Assembly (NCBI GenBank): GCA_016184225.1
Contig: JACPDA010000004.1
Span: forward strand, 70,800 to 134,799
DNA from: Candidatus Daviesbacteria bacterium
GTDB lineage: Bacteria > Patescibacteriota > Microgenomatia > Daviesbacterales > UBA10151
Length of the DNA: 64,000 nt
Direction: 5' to 3'
In this document: one piece after another, positions 45,601 to 55,440 of the stretch
Position numbering within the stretch: position 1 is the stretch's first letter
Layout of the letters: each line of letters begins with the position of its first letter
Translations under genes and position numbers: made by a program
The notes under the pieces: model-generated
Databases searched by the model: none
What the model was told of the DNA's origin: nothing
The model's input: only the letters and a program-made list of their open reading frames with translations

Positions 45601-47373
45601 ATGCTGCCAAAGTTTATAGTTTATAGTTTATCGTTTATCGTTTTGATACTATTTACCATCCATCCTGCTCTTGCCCAAACCCCTTCGACAAGCTCAGGGC
45701 ACGCTGCTATCCCTTCTGCTTCTTCCTCTACACCCTATACCCTATACCCTATACCCTCATCTGTCTCCCCCACTTCTCCCCTTTATACCGACTTGTTGGT
45801 AAATAACCTCTTCCACTCTTTCTCCTGCCTGGCAATCGGCCAATCTGTTATTGGCCAGCCGTGTTTAACCTACCAGGTAACTAAAAATGCCCAGGGTGCC
45901 ATCCAAAGCATACCGGTACTTTCTTCAATAAACACCTCAGGCGGAACGCTGGGGGCTGTCACCTCTGTCATAGGGATGCTCTATACTAACCCGCCGGTCA
46001 GGACTGCTGATTATCTGGCCAGTGTCGGGACTGATTTGGGAATTGTCAAGCAAGTCCATGCCCAAGGAGTAGGGGGTTCAGGAGCTGCCGTACTAAACCC
46101 CATCTTAAAGCTTTGGCAAGTTTCCAGAAATATCTCCTATGTCATATTAATCATTATCTTTTTGATCATTGGCCTGATGGTCATGTTCAGGAATAAAATC
46201 AATCCTCAAACCGTTATTACCGCCCAAACTGCCCTGCCTGGATTAGTCATCGGCCTGGTGATGATTACCTTCTCCTACTTCTTTGCCGGTCTGATTTCGG
46301 ATTCTGCCTTTATTGGTACAAATTTAGTTGGTTATTATTTTTCTGCCGCTCAAAAACAATCTACCCCTCAAAATGTCGTTGAAAGTATGCAAAATCAAAA
46401 TGTGTTAAGTATTTTCAGTCCCTTTATCGGCATCGTTAATAAAGAAAACGCGGCAGACCTGATCAGTTCCATATGGACGAGTTTAAACCAAGATACTCGA
46501 AATTTTCTTACCGGCATTTCGGCGTTTCTGGTGGGTCAAATGACTTCACCAGTTGGTAGTTTATTCGGACCGGTCGGGCAGATGGTGGTAGGTTTTGGAA
46601 CATCAACCGTGACATTGGCAAACCCAACAGGAATCGTTGGTGTTCTACTGTGGATAATGGCTACCCTAATTTTGCTTTACTCCATGTTTAAATTGTTACT
46701 ACGCCTGATTAATAACTATCTCACTATTATCTTTCTGACATTTACTGCCCCTTTTCAACTTTTAATCGCTGCTTTACCGGGTAGGCAGGGCATGGCCACT
46801 AATTGGATCTTAAATATGCTGGCCAATATTTTGGCCTTTCCGGCTGTTTTGGCTGTGCTTTATTTTGTGGCTTATCTGATGGGGCCGGTTTTTATGAATC
46901 TACATTGTACCACTCCCTGTCCCTTTAAAATTACACAAGTTAACCAAATAAACAGTAATGATCTTGTGCCGAATGCATATGCAGAAGGGGCTTCAATTGT
47001 TGATAGCCAGACTTTTCCTTTATTTGGAGGTATGAACTTGGATTTCATGAGACTGCTTTTGGCATTTGGAGCTTTAATAGCATTACCATCAATACCGGAC
47101 GTACTGGGTCGGGCCATTGGTAAAATGGGTGAAACTGGACAGCTGATCGGCCAGGAAATTGGCGGTAGTGTCGGCCAAGGCAGAGGTTATTTTGGCCAAG
47201 CCAGCCGGGCACCGGGAGCCCTAGCCCAACAGGTTGGGCCAGTTATAAACCAACCTGGGTATATGATGGAGGGTGGCAAAGTAGTCAGAGTCTACGATCC
47301 TAGATTTGGTGGAAGTTTTGGAATATTCAGTAAATTTGGAAGTTGGCGTAGGCCAAAGGGAACTCCTCCGTAA
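45601..47373 (+). CDS. polytopic membrane protein, TrbL/VirB6-like
   Basis: 590 aa with at least 6 TM helices, directly following the pilin array; the N-terminal region contains TPYTLYPIP encoded by (CCCTATA)n. Confidence 0.45.
   Translation: MLPKFIVYSLSFIVLILFTIHPALAQTPSTSSGHAAIPSASSSTPYTLYPIPSSVSPTSPLYTDLLVNNLFHSFSCLAIGQSVIGQPCLTYQVTKNAQGAIQSIPVLSSINTSGGTLGAVTSVIGMLYTNPPVRTADYLASVGTDLGIVKQVHAQGVGGSGAAVLNPILKLWQVSRNISYVILIIIFLIIGLMVMFRNKINPQTVITAQTALPGLVIGLVMITFSYFFAGLISDSAFIGTNLVGYYFSAAQKQSTPQNVVESMQNQNVLSIFSPFIGIVNKENAADLISSIWTSLNQDTRNFLTGISAFLVGQMTSPVGSLFGPVGQMVVGFGTSTVTLANPTGIVGVLLWIMATLILLYSMFKLLLRLINNYLTIIFLTFTAPFQLLIAALPGRQGMATNWILNMLANILAFPAVLAVLYFVAYLMGPVFMNLHCTTPCPFKITQVNQINSNDLVPNAYAEGASIVDSQTFPLFGGMNLDFMRLLLAFGALIALPSIPDVLGRAIGKMGETGQLIGQEIGGSVGQGRGYFGQASRAPGALAQQVGPVINQPGYMMEGGKVVRVYDPRFGGSFGIFSKFGSWRRPKGTPP
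45733..45756 (-). repeat. (CCCTATA)n heptamer repeat, canonical G4 motif on the minus strand, inside the TrbL-like gene
   Basis: CCCTATACCCTATACCCTATACCC. Confidence 0.6.
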
Positions 47374-47383
47374 GCTTGATTAG

Positions 47384-50300
47384 CTACACATATGTGGGAG
47401 GGGGGACTTGTCCAGGAAGACGAGGATTGTGACTGGGGGTCATTTTCCTCCACACTTCAGTCCAGATGCTTGATCCTTCTCTATACGAACTAGGGGTAGT
47501 GATTAATCTAATAATATCTCTAATCTCTGTATTAGCCTCTATACCACCCTGTTCCCTCTCAATATCATCTCTTTTTTCACCCTTGCCTTTTTCCGATATT
47601 AACCATTCCAAAAATCTTAAAGCAAATTTTTCGTTTTCTTCATACCCTGCACCGGAAGATAAAGCTTGTCTGTCTTCTCCCAACAATTTCTCCGTTGCAG
47701 CAATGATTGGTTCAAATCTCTTGAAAGTAGTCTCCTGCAAGTAGTTAACAATGTTTTCTCTCCATAAATTGTAAGTAGCAACATTGTCATTTTCTTTATT
47801 AGTAAGATTTTTCAGAAAATCATCCAATTTAAACTTAATCCCTCCGAACACCTTCCATAAACTATTAGCATCCACTAAGGGCTTTTCCAAAAAGCCCCAC
47901 AGTTTCTTCAGACCTCCCCCTTGCTCCTCTGCTAGACTCCCTTCCTCTCTTCCCCTAATACTAAGCATGTCTTTGAATCTTTGGGCATACATGGTCAGCG
48001 CCGGATTATCAACAGACTCCATCCCATTAGCAGTTGTATTAACGCTTAAAGCCAAATCCAAAATACTGTCAAAATCCATCTCTCTGGAAAGAGAACCCAA
48101 ACTAAACGGCATGGCGTGTACCAAATCCGCCGCTCTTGGCATGGTTCTTCGCAAATTCGTATACCAAAAAGCCTTCAGGTGTTGCAACCTTTTTACTCCC
48201 CAATTCATGCCTTGAAAACCATAATCAATCCTGTCTGCTGAAAAAGGCAGCATTCTAGGATCTGGATCTTTCCCCGGTTGCGGGAGCCCGTGGGTAGCTT
48301 CAAAATAAGCCAGACGTTCCAGTTCAGCATCAAAGGCCCTGGAGTCCTCAATCATTTGGGTCAAGTTATCAATCCTTTGTTGGGTTGTGTCGCCTTTAAT
48401 CCCTTCCCTTCCCTTTAGTCCTAATCTTCTAAGAATCTTTTGTATAGGTATTAGTCTTCCCTTGGCCACCTGCTCCAACACCACCTCATTATTAATCTGG
48501 CTCTCGGAGGATTTATAATCTGCCAAAAAGTTATTCATCACCGGTTTAAGAGAGTTCATTTTAATAATGTCTTCAAACTTAGCCGCCCCAATTTTTGCAG
48601 TATGACCATGCTGCCTGAGTTCTGTTACTGCTGCGCTAAAAGCCTGCCATTCTTCTTTTGTTAAACCTGTTTCTTGGAAACCTTCTTGCAATTCAAACTC
48701 AATCATTTTACCGCCCTGGATAGAAACTTTAAATTTACGAGGAGCCTTCGCTCTATTCAAACCTGCATCTTTCCATCCTCGGATCCATTTTTTACTTCTC
48801 CACCTAATTAATGCCAAATTATCTGCTACGCCATCCTGTTTCCAATTTTCTTTAGCTTTTTGCAAGATAGCGTATTTGTAGAATAAAACCGCATCTTGTA
48901 CACTAATATAATCACCATTATCCATCACAATGGATGGGGCGCCAAGCATGGCTGACTCACCAAAAACATTCATCACTTGCTCCGCCACTTCAAAGGCACT
49001 TGTGGCTTTTCTTTCTATCTCCTCATATATACTCTGCACCCTAGCTAATTCACTTCTCGCTCCCCTGAAGCCCTCTAAATCCTCAAAGGTAGACTTGTCC
49101 TTTGATTCCTCCACTCTCTTTAAAACTTCTTGGTATTTCTTTTCAGCTTGATCTAATATCGCCTTCGGAGACTCTCTGCGGTCAAAACAAGATAAAAATT
49201 CATCCAAAGAAGAAACATTTGTTAACTTCTCTCTGTTTTGACTTTGCTCTTTTTCATCTACACCTTTAAGTTTGTATTGCATTAGTAAACCTATCATCTG
49301 TTCTTTAAGTAATTCTCTGATGTATTTATGTGTTGTATCATCATCAAAAAGCTGGCCTTTAAAGCCTTGCGGCCTGAAATAAAGTCGGAACTTTGGATCC
49401 ATAAATAGATACAAGGCGATCCCTGTTAAACCGTCACTCATAGCAGGCAGTCTTCTTAATTTTTCAACACCCCTAATCCGCAACCTCTGTTCCATATAAG
49501 AACTAAACAGTTCCATCTGCAGATTCCGTCCGGCCCAATCCAGGATAAAAAAGTCAATCTTGTTGGTAACCGAATCTTCAATCTGTTCCATCATTTTTTT
49601 TGCATCTTTTTCGGAAACCTTCTCGCTTCTTTGCAAATCAACCGATTTCTCTCTGATCGCCTTCAGCAACATTTCCATTCTCTGCTGTATGGTGTTAAGA
49701 TCAAAGGTGGTAGCACTTTGGATAATATTGTCAGCTGCTTGATCTGCGCCCAATTCTATTTGTTGTCTATTAGTCCCTAACAACCTAATCTTGTAATAGG
49801 ATTCTTCCTGGTAGAGCGGTTCCATTCCCTCTTCCAGAACCTGCTGTTCTCTTTGTTGCGCTATTGCCCTCTCTACTCCACGAACATTCCATTCACCTAA
49901 AATCCTGGCCGGTAAAGTAGCCCCTGAAAGGGAATCTATTATTTGGGCTTGAGCTCTCCGGACAAATTCTATTCTAATACCTTGTAGGGCTTCCTTAGCT
50001 GCAGGAGGAAGCATTCCTCTTCTTTGAAGGCGATCCCAACGAGCAGCATTCTCAACAAACTGTGGCTTGCTCTCATTCAACAGGGAATCAAAATATTCTA
50101 AAATCTCATCTTCGACTTCAGCAAAAGTTTTGCGGGGAAGGCGTCCCGGAGACCCTGTCAACATATCCATCTGGCTAACCTCCCGATGAGACACCATACT
50201 GTTGCGCCATTCTATATACTTATGCTCTAATCTTTCCTCCAAATCCCCAAAAATACCTCTTCTTCTTGCTTCATGGAAATACCAACTTAATCCTTTCTGT

Positions 50301-51283
50301 GCCATCTCCAGATTGGCTGGTACAAAATTTGGATCATTAGTTTCGCTTAGAAATTGTTGTTTTTGAAACTCAGCCAGTTGCAGAGAAAAAGTAGCTGCAA
50401 CTGATCCTGGTTCTGTAATAGTAGGTTCGGCATCTCTTAATAGTATCTCTTCTAACTCTTTTTCCCATTTTTCCGGCTCTGCCCGGCGCTGTTTCACTTT
50501 TTTTTCTTGTTTTTCTCTTTGGGCTACCGCTAACTTCTCTTTTTCCTGTTTTATCCCGTCTTCTGACTTCTTTCTCACGTCCAGAAAGTCTGGGCTAGTC
50601 ATAGCCGTAATTTGTTGTTCCAATTCAGATGTTTCTGTTTTAAGTTTACCCTCTGCTTCCTGCTTTTTTCTCCAGTCTTTGTCAGAATATAAAGCTTTTA
50701 GCCCATCTTCCTTTAAAGTGTTGCTAAGTCTTCTTGATTCCTCTCTTGTTGCATCAAAGTTATCTAATAACTGCTGTAATACCTGTTGTTTTTCCGGAGG
50801 CTGTTTTTGTATTTCCTCTTCATCCTGCTGATTAAGCTTTCTTTCTAGCTTGATAATATCGTCTTCTAAACCAAGCAACTTACTTTTATGGGCATATTCT
50901 TTTAATACATCACATGCCTGTTGGTATGCACTTTTTATACTCTCTTCCTCTCTTTGCTCAGCTGACATGGTGTCTATTGTCTGTAAAATCTCGACAACAG
51001 CTGCGGGACTTTTCCCTTCGGGATTTAAGGGGTTTTCTACTGCTAGTTGATTTCTAATTTCCCGGATCACTTGTACTGATTCAGGAACTTGCCTGATCTC
51101 TGGTGGCTGGATATACCCTGCCTGTCGGACAGCTTCTACAGAAGCAGAGACACCCGGGGTATCTGCTGGTTGAGTATTTACTTTTTGCTCCGGAGGAATA
51201 TTAGGACCTGCTTGGGATCCTGCTAATACACCTTCTGATCCTGGACCGGGTGTTACTTCTGTCATAATTTCTATTCTTGCCAT
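47384..51283 (-). CDS. very large (1299 aa) highly charged coiled-coil-rich hypothetical protein embedded in the T4SS-like locus
   Basis: uninterrupted ORF with long E/K/Q-rich predicted helical stretches; no ATPase or relaxase motifs recognised. Confidence 0.4.
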   Translation of the reverse strand: MARIEIMTEVTPGPGSEGVLAGSQAGPNIPPEQKVNTQPADTPGVSASVEAVRQAGYIQPPEIRQVPESVQVIREIRNQLAVENPLNPEGKSPAAVVEILQTIDTMSAEQREEESIKSAYQQACDVLKEYAHKSKLLGLEDDIIKLERKLNQQDEEEIQKQPPEKQQVLQQLLDNFDATREESRRLSNTLKEDGLKALYSDKDWRKKQEAEGKLKTETSELEQQITAMTSPDFLDVRKKSEDGIKQEKEKLAVAQREKQEKKVKQRRAEPEKWEKELEEILLRDAEPTITEPGSVAATFSLQLAEFQKQQFLSETNDPNFVPANLEMAQKGLSWYFHEARRRGIFGDLEERLEHKYIEWRNSMVSHREVSQMDMLTGSPGRLPRKTFAEVEDEILEYFDSLLNESKPQFVENAARWDRLQRRGMLPPAAKEALQGIRIEFVRRAQAQIIDSLSGATLPARILGEWNVRGVERAIAQQREQQVLEEGMEPLYQEESYYKIRLLGTNRQQIELGADQAADNIIQSATTFDLNTIQQRMEMLLKAIREKSVDLQRSEKVSEKDAKKMMEQIEDSVTNKIDFFILDWAGRNLQMELFSSYMEQRLRIRGVEKLRRLPAMSDGLTGIALYLFMDPKFRLYFRPQGFKGQLFDDDTTHKYIRELLKEQMIGLLMQYKLKGVDEKEQSQNREKLTNVSSLDEFLSCFDRRESPKAILDQAEKKYQEVLKRVEESKDKSTFEDLEGFRGARSELARVQSIYEEIERKATSAFEVAEQVMNVFGESAMLGAPSIVMDNGDYISVQDAVLFYKYAILQKAKENWKQDGVADNLALIRWRSKKWIRGWKDAGLNRAKAPRKFKVSIQGGKMIEFELQEGFQETGLTKEEWQAFSAAVTELRQHGHTAKIGAAKFEDIIKMNSLKPVMNNFLADYKSSESQINNEVVLEQVAKGRLIPIQKILRRLGLKGREGIKGDTTQQRIDNLTQMIEDSRAFDAELERLAYFEATHGLPQPGKDPDPRMLPFSADRIDYGFQGMNWGVKRLQHLKAFWYTNLRRTMPRAADLVHAMPFSLGSLSREMDFDSILDLALSVNTTANGMESVDNPALTMYAQRFKDMLSIRGREEGSLAEEQGGGLKKLWGFLEKPLVDANSLWKVFGGIKFKLDDFLKNLTNKENDNVATYNLWRENIVNYLQETTFKRFEPIIAATEKLLGEDRQALSSGAGYEENEKFALRFLEWLISEKGKGEKRDDIEREQGGIEANTEIRDIIRLITTPSSYREGSSIWTEVWRKMTPSHNPRLPGQVPPPTYV

Positions 51284-51495
51284 AACTTCCTTTCTTCAGG
51301 AAATTCTACGGCTCACTCCAGCATAGAACCTCCAAAACTAAATGTCAAAACTCAAATCTCAAAAGTCAAAACTATAACTCAAATCTTAAAACTAAAAGTA
51401 GTTTACACTGAGAGATGCGTAAGTGCTTGATTAAATGCTGAGAAAATCCTGACGGATTAGTTCGTAGTAGGTAGTTAGTAGCAAGCAATGAGGGA

Positions 51496-52152
51496 TTATT
51501 TTTTAACCACACTCATCCCCAATTGCTTTGCTTTTTTTTTATAAAACTCTTTTAATTCCTTTAGCTCAAGCGGCTTTAGCATTTGGGGTAATGTTTCAAA
51601 AGTATCTGCCTTGAGAAAATCTATCCCCACCAAAAAAGGATCTGTTTTAAGCCTAAATTTAACTTCTGCCCCCCTCATTAAATCCCAAATCGTAAATTTT
51701 TGCAGCAGAAAATATAAATCCACAAAATCTTTTACCTCTGTCCTTTGCATGATGGTGCTAATTTTATTGACGGCGATGTCGAACAAGCTATCAATCGCAA
51801 CTAATTCAATCTTTGGCCCCGCTTCTATCCTTTTGTATGGATAATAACCAAAGTCTACTTTTAGCTTTTCCCCGTCGGCAAACTCTAAAAGATAAATTTT
51901 TACCACTTCCTGCTCTTTCAAAAGGAACTTAAAATTATTTTTTTTACCCCAGCCGGTTAATAAATTCAGAATGGATAAGTTGTCGAATGTCTCCTCTGAA
52001 AAGAAATCCAGATCTTCGGATAATCTGTGTTGCAGATAAACAGCAGAGAGGGCTGTACCGCCGGTAAAATAGAAATTCTCTTTTAAATAATCACTGCTTC
52101 TAAACTCATCAAAAATAATTCTTTGCTTGACCGTCAGATTCACGTTCCCCAT
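51496..52152 (-). CDS. AbiEii/AbiGii-family nucleotidyltransferase toxin (type IV TA)
   Basis: ...FTGGTALSAVYLQHRLSEDLDFFSEE... matches the AbiEii GGTAL...RxSxDxDF signature. Confidence 0.6.
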   Translation of the reverse strand: MGNVNLTVKQRIIFDEFRSSDYLKENFYFTGGTALSAVYLQHRLSEDLDFFSEETFDNLSILNLLTGWGKKNNFKFLLKEQEVVKIYLLEFADGEKLKVDFGYYPYKRIEAGPKIELVAIDSLFDIAVNKISTIMQRTEVKDFVDLYFLLQKFTIWDLMRGAEVKFRLKTDPFLVGIDFLKADTFETLPQMLKPLELKELKEFYKKKAKQLGMSVVKK

Positions 52153-52340
52153 ATTAAAAGTTTCATCATTTTTTTCCGCAAAGGGTCAAGGTGAAGTTTG
52201 TCCCAATTTTTTTTGACTTCGGATAAACTGATCTTTTCCCCTTTGTCCGGACCAAAATTAATCATTCTTTCCAAAATCAGCAGCCTGCCGCTTTTGGTTT
52301 TCTTTAATTTATTGATATCATAATCCCAAATGAATGGCAT
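52140..52340 (-). CDS. small hypothetical protein upstream of the AbiEii gene (possible cognate antitoxin)
   Basis: 66 aa; overlaps the AbiEii start by 13 nt. Confidence 0.25.
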   Translation of the reverse strand: MPFIWDYDINKLKKTKSGRLLILERMINFGPDKGEKISLSEVKKNWDKLHLDPLRKKMMKLLIWGT

Positions 52341-52367
52341 AGTTAAATTATACCACTTATCCGCCCT

Positions 52368-53258
52368 TTACCCGCATCTTTTAACTGCCCTGCAATTGGG
52401 ACAACTACCACCCACCTTAACCACACAATTGATCTCTTTCTCGCAAATGGGGCAGACCCTGCAATAATCAGGGTCTCTGCTGATTGAACTTGCCACATAA
52501 GTGAGGGCATTTTCAGAAAATACCCGTAAAGCAGTTCTGCCGGTGGAATTTCTGGGAGGACAACTACCAGGATAAGACCCTATCATTTGTCTGGCCGCCA
52601 TTTGAGCTTCTTGGTAAGTAATTGGCTTTGTAGAAAAGAAAAGTTGTTTTTGAATGGTTCTGGCCTGTTCTAGAGCCTTTTTTTTGGCTACTTTATCCTC
52701 CCCTTGTCTGATACCTTCCCATAACTTAGGGTCATAAATTAATCTCTCTAAAATCTCGATCCAGGATCTATCTTTAGTATCTAAAACAAGCGGAGTAGCA
52801 CGAACCTGATCTAAATCAGTAAAAATAGGCTTATTCTTAGTAAAACTGGTTAAATTCCAAGCTAATACCATGCACTCACGATCACTAAAATCAAACAAAA
52901 TTGCCCGATTAAACAGTCTTTTTACTCCATTTGCGTACTCTATTTCACTAACAATTATTTTTGTGACAGGGTATACTCCCGGGGAAGGCGGGCTTACCCA
53001 AACACTTATTCCTTTATCACTGCGGGCCGCCCACTGCTCTGTAGCAACAACTGCCTGGTATTCCAATTGTCCCAAATGGCTGGTTCTATCTTCCACTGTA
53101 TCCCTAATCCGGCAATGAGCCGTAGGAGAAAACAGTTCGCTGTCTGCGATGGTGTAGTGGTAAGGATCAGGAATCCTATTGGTTTCCAAGCTTTGCGAGG
53201 CAAGTTCTTCGACAAATTGCTCAGACGGGGTAATATCTATTCGTTCTAATACTGGCAT
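52368..53258 (-). CDS. hypothetical protein with C-terminal Cys4 zinc ribbon
   Basis: ...CRVCPICEKEINCVVKVGGSCPNCRAV... Confidence 0.35.
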   Translation of the reverse strand: MPVLERIDITPSEQFVEELASQSLETNRIPDPYHYTIADSELFSPTAHCRIRDTVEDRTSHLGQLEYQAVVATEQWAARSDKGISVWVSPPSPGVYPVTKIIVSEIEYANGVKRLFNRAILFDFSDRECMVLAWNLTSFTKNKPIFTDLDQVRATPLVLDTKDRSWIEILERLIYDPKLWEGIRQGEDKVAKKKALEQARTIQKQLFFSTKPITYQEAQMAARQMIGSYPGSCPPRNSTGRTALRVFSENALTYVASSISRDPDYCRVCPICEKEINCVVKVGGSCPNCRAVKRCG

Positions 53259-53377
53259 ATTGCTCCTGCACGGGATTTAACCCCGATTAAATCGGGGGTG
53301 GTCGGTCTCCGGACTTATGATAGGGTTTAGGGTATAGTGACTAGGGTATAGTAAAACATTTTTAGTTTCTACCTAAA

Positions 53378-53401
53378 CCCTAACCCCTAAACCCTGTACC
53401 C
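53378..53401 (-). repeat. CCCTAA-type telomere-like repeat (G4 motif) in the divergent promoter region; the G-rich partner repeats at 53321-53346 form an inverted pair
   Basis: CCCTAACCCCTAAACCCTGTACCC; upstream lies gatagggtttagggtatagtgactagggtatag. Confidence 0.55.
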
Positions 53402-53533
53402 TAACAATCACCGTTGCGGCACAGCCCAGGACTTGCACCTGGTTCCCAGTTATCTCTTGTCCTTCGATTTCACTCAGGACGAGATACCACAAAATTAAGA
53501 TAGCAAGATCAATTTGAATTATCAAGTACTAAA

Positions 53534-54664
53534 TTGATCCTTTTTGTGCCGCTTGCCAATACTTTTTTCACGTTGTATATAGAGAGTATCGATATGGATG
53601 CCCACCCAATTCCTCAAAATGTCACATCCTTCCAATTTAAGCTAATTGGGGATATGACTTTAAAACAGTTTGCCTATCTGGCGGTCGGCTCTGCTACTGC
53701 TTACTTCTTATTTGTATTTTTGGCCCATGATTATCCCCTGATAGCCTGGCCTTTAATAGCTATTTCTGCTCTTTTAGGTATCGCTTTTGCTTTCTTGCCC
53801 ATTGGTTCAAGACCGCTTGATCATTGGACAAAAGCCTTTTTAAAAGCTGTTTATTCCCCTACCAAAAGAGTTTGGGGGAAAAATGGAAAAACTTTTAAGG
53901 AAGACCCTTTGTTTGGCAGCCGCCTGGTGATGTACCTGGCCGGAGCAACCCAGATAAATCAGCAGAATCAGAGTACCAGTGGATCAGAAAGACAGATAAA
54001 GCCGGATAAACCGGCAGTCCTGTTTTCTGAAACTCCGATACTCCGACACTCTGATACACCAGCTCCTCTGCCTACCCCGGAAGAACTGGGAAAGACCGTC
54101 GACTTAGCTCGCCAAGCACAACAGCTCCAAATGAAAATTATCCAAACCGAGCGTACCCTATCTCAGATCAAAACCCAGGCCCAAAACCCCACACCAATCC
54201 CGGTAGATTACAGCCAACAAGTCAACAAAGTCCTAACTGATTTACAAAACCTGGTTGGTCAGGCATCAAAGGTAAAACAACAAATCCAAACAGTGCAAGA
54301 ACCCCAGCCAAAAACCCCGGTAGAAACCAGCCAAGCGGTAGCACGGGAGAAGGTAAAAGTGGTAGTTGCCAATAAACCGCAAAAAGCTACCCTTGCCTTA
54401 ACCACATTTCCCAATGTCATTAATGGCATTGTTAAAGACAAGCAGGGGAATTACCTGGAAGGAGTAGTTACAGTTATTTATGATAAAGAAGGTTTACCTG
54501 TCAGGGCTTTAAAAACTAACAAACTTGGCCAATTTACCGGTTCAACACCGCTTTTGAACGGAACCTATACCCTGGAACTGGAAAAGGATGGTTTTACTTT
54601 TGATGTGCTGCAGATCGAGCTAACCGGACAGGTATTATCGCCGCTTGCGATAACGGCAAAGTAA
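53534..54664 (+). CDS. membrane protein, possible VirB3/PrgI-like N-terminal 2-TM domain with C-terminal extracellular extension
   Basis: two TM helices near the N-terminus (LAVGSATAYFLFVFL, LIAWPLIAISALLGIAFAFL) directly upstream of the VirB4-like genes. Confidence 0.3.
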   Translation: MILFVPLANTFFTLYIESIDMDAHPIPQNVTSFQFKLIGDMTLKQFAYLAVGSATAYFLFVFLAHDYPLIAWPLIAISALLGIAFAFLPIGSRPLDHWTKAFLKAVYSPTKRVWGKNGKTFKEDPLFGSRLVMYLAGATQINQQNQSTSGSERQIKPDKPAVLFSETPILRHSDTPAPLPTPEELGKTVDLARQAQQLQMKIIQTERTLSQIKTQAQNPTPIPVDYSQQVNKVLTDLQNLVGQASKVKQQIQTVQEPQPKTPVETSQAVAREKVKVVVANKPQKATLALTTFPNVINGIVKDKQGNYLEGVVTVIYDKEGLPVRALKTNKLGQFTGSTPLLNGTYTLELEKDGFTFDVLQIELTGQVLSPLAITAK

Positions 54665-54675
54665 GCGTATAGAAA

Positions 54676-55440
54676 ATGAACACAACACAACAACACTTAT
54701 CAATCAAAGACATCCAAGATGATATCCTGCTTTTAAAAGACGGGGGAGGGGCAATGGTGCTGCAAATTTCCGCTGTTAATTTTGGCCTGCTTTCAGATCG
54801 GGAACAAATGGCAATTATTGGCAGTTTCGCTCAAATGCTCAATTCCCTGTCATTTTCCATCCAAATTGTCATCCATTCACAAAGGCTCAATACTACCTCC
54901 TACCTGACAGCGCTTGACAAAGCCCAAAAAGCTCAAATTAACCCACTGCTTTCACAAATGATCACCGAATATAAGCAATTTATTCAAAGCGTAGTGAAAG
55001 ATATGGAAGTGTTAGATAAGAAATTTTATGTAGTCATTCCGCTGTTCAGCCTGGAACTGGGGTTGACAGCCTCAAAGACCAACCTTGAGCAAAAAATTAG
55101 AACAGTACTGCTGCCCAGGCGGGACCAGATTATCAGACAACTCAGCAGGGTCGGGCTTCAGGCAACCCAGTTAGACAGGACAAAATTAATTGAAGTTTTC
55201 TATGATATCTATAATGGGGAGGCGACGGAAAAACCCCTAGCTCAACCAATCAATCCACAAGACCTAACTGTCAGGCTCAAAAATCCTCTTCGACTCGCTG
55301 ACGCTCGCTCAGGGCCTTCGGCCCAACAACCAACAGAGATTCCTCCCCAACCAACTAATCAAGTTAAACCAGCTCCGCCACCAACCGGGACTCAGCCATC
55401 AAGAACCCATCCGTTTGTAGTAGAGGAGTTGAGCGAATGA
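54676..55440 (+). CDS. VirB4/TrbE N-terminal-domain-like protein (split VirB4, part 1)
   Basis: ...ILLLKDGGGAMVLQISAVNFGLLSDREQMAIIGSFAQMLNSL... resembles the VirB4 N-domain; stop overlaps the next start (ATGA). Confidence 0.45.
   Translation: MNTTQQHLSIKDIQDDILLLKDGGGAMVLQISAVNFGLLSDREQMAIIGSFAQMLNSLSFSIQIVIHSQRLNTTSYLTALDKAQKAQINPLLSQMITEYKQFIQSVVKDMEVLDKKFYVVIPLFSLELGLTASKTNLEQKIRTVLLPRRDQIIRQLSRVGLQATQLDRTKLIEVFYDIYNGEATEKPLAQPINPQDLTVRLKNPLRLADARSGPSAQQPTEIPPQPTNQVKPAPPPTGTQPSRTHPFVVEELSE

Noticed and set aside
995-49151. Many 60-140-aa ORFs antisense to or nested within long genes (for example 995-1219, 8256-8601, 16831-17172, 17485-17898, 18241-18618, 47466-48215, 56165-56677)
   Set aside because: They are embedded in confidently called genes with conserved motifs, have low-complexity translations, and no independent start or stop context. 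Treated as spurious.
41293-53401. Interpreting the CCCTAA(A)/TTTAGGG repeats as true telomeres of a linear replicon
   Set aside because: The tracts are only 3-4 units long, interspersed inside and between genes in both orientations, and the locus contains a conventional dnaA-dnaN origin. A regulatory or recombinational G4 role is more plausible.
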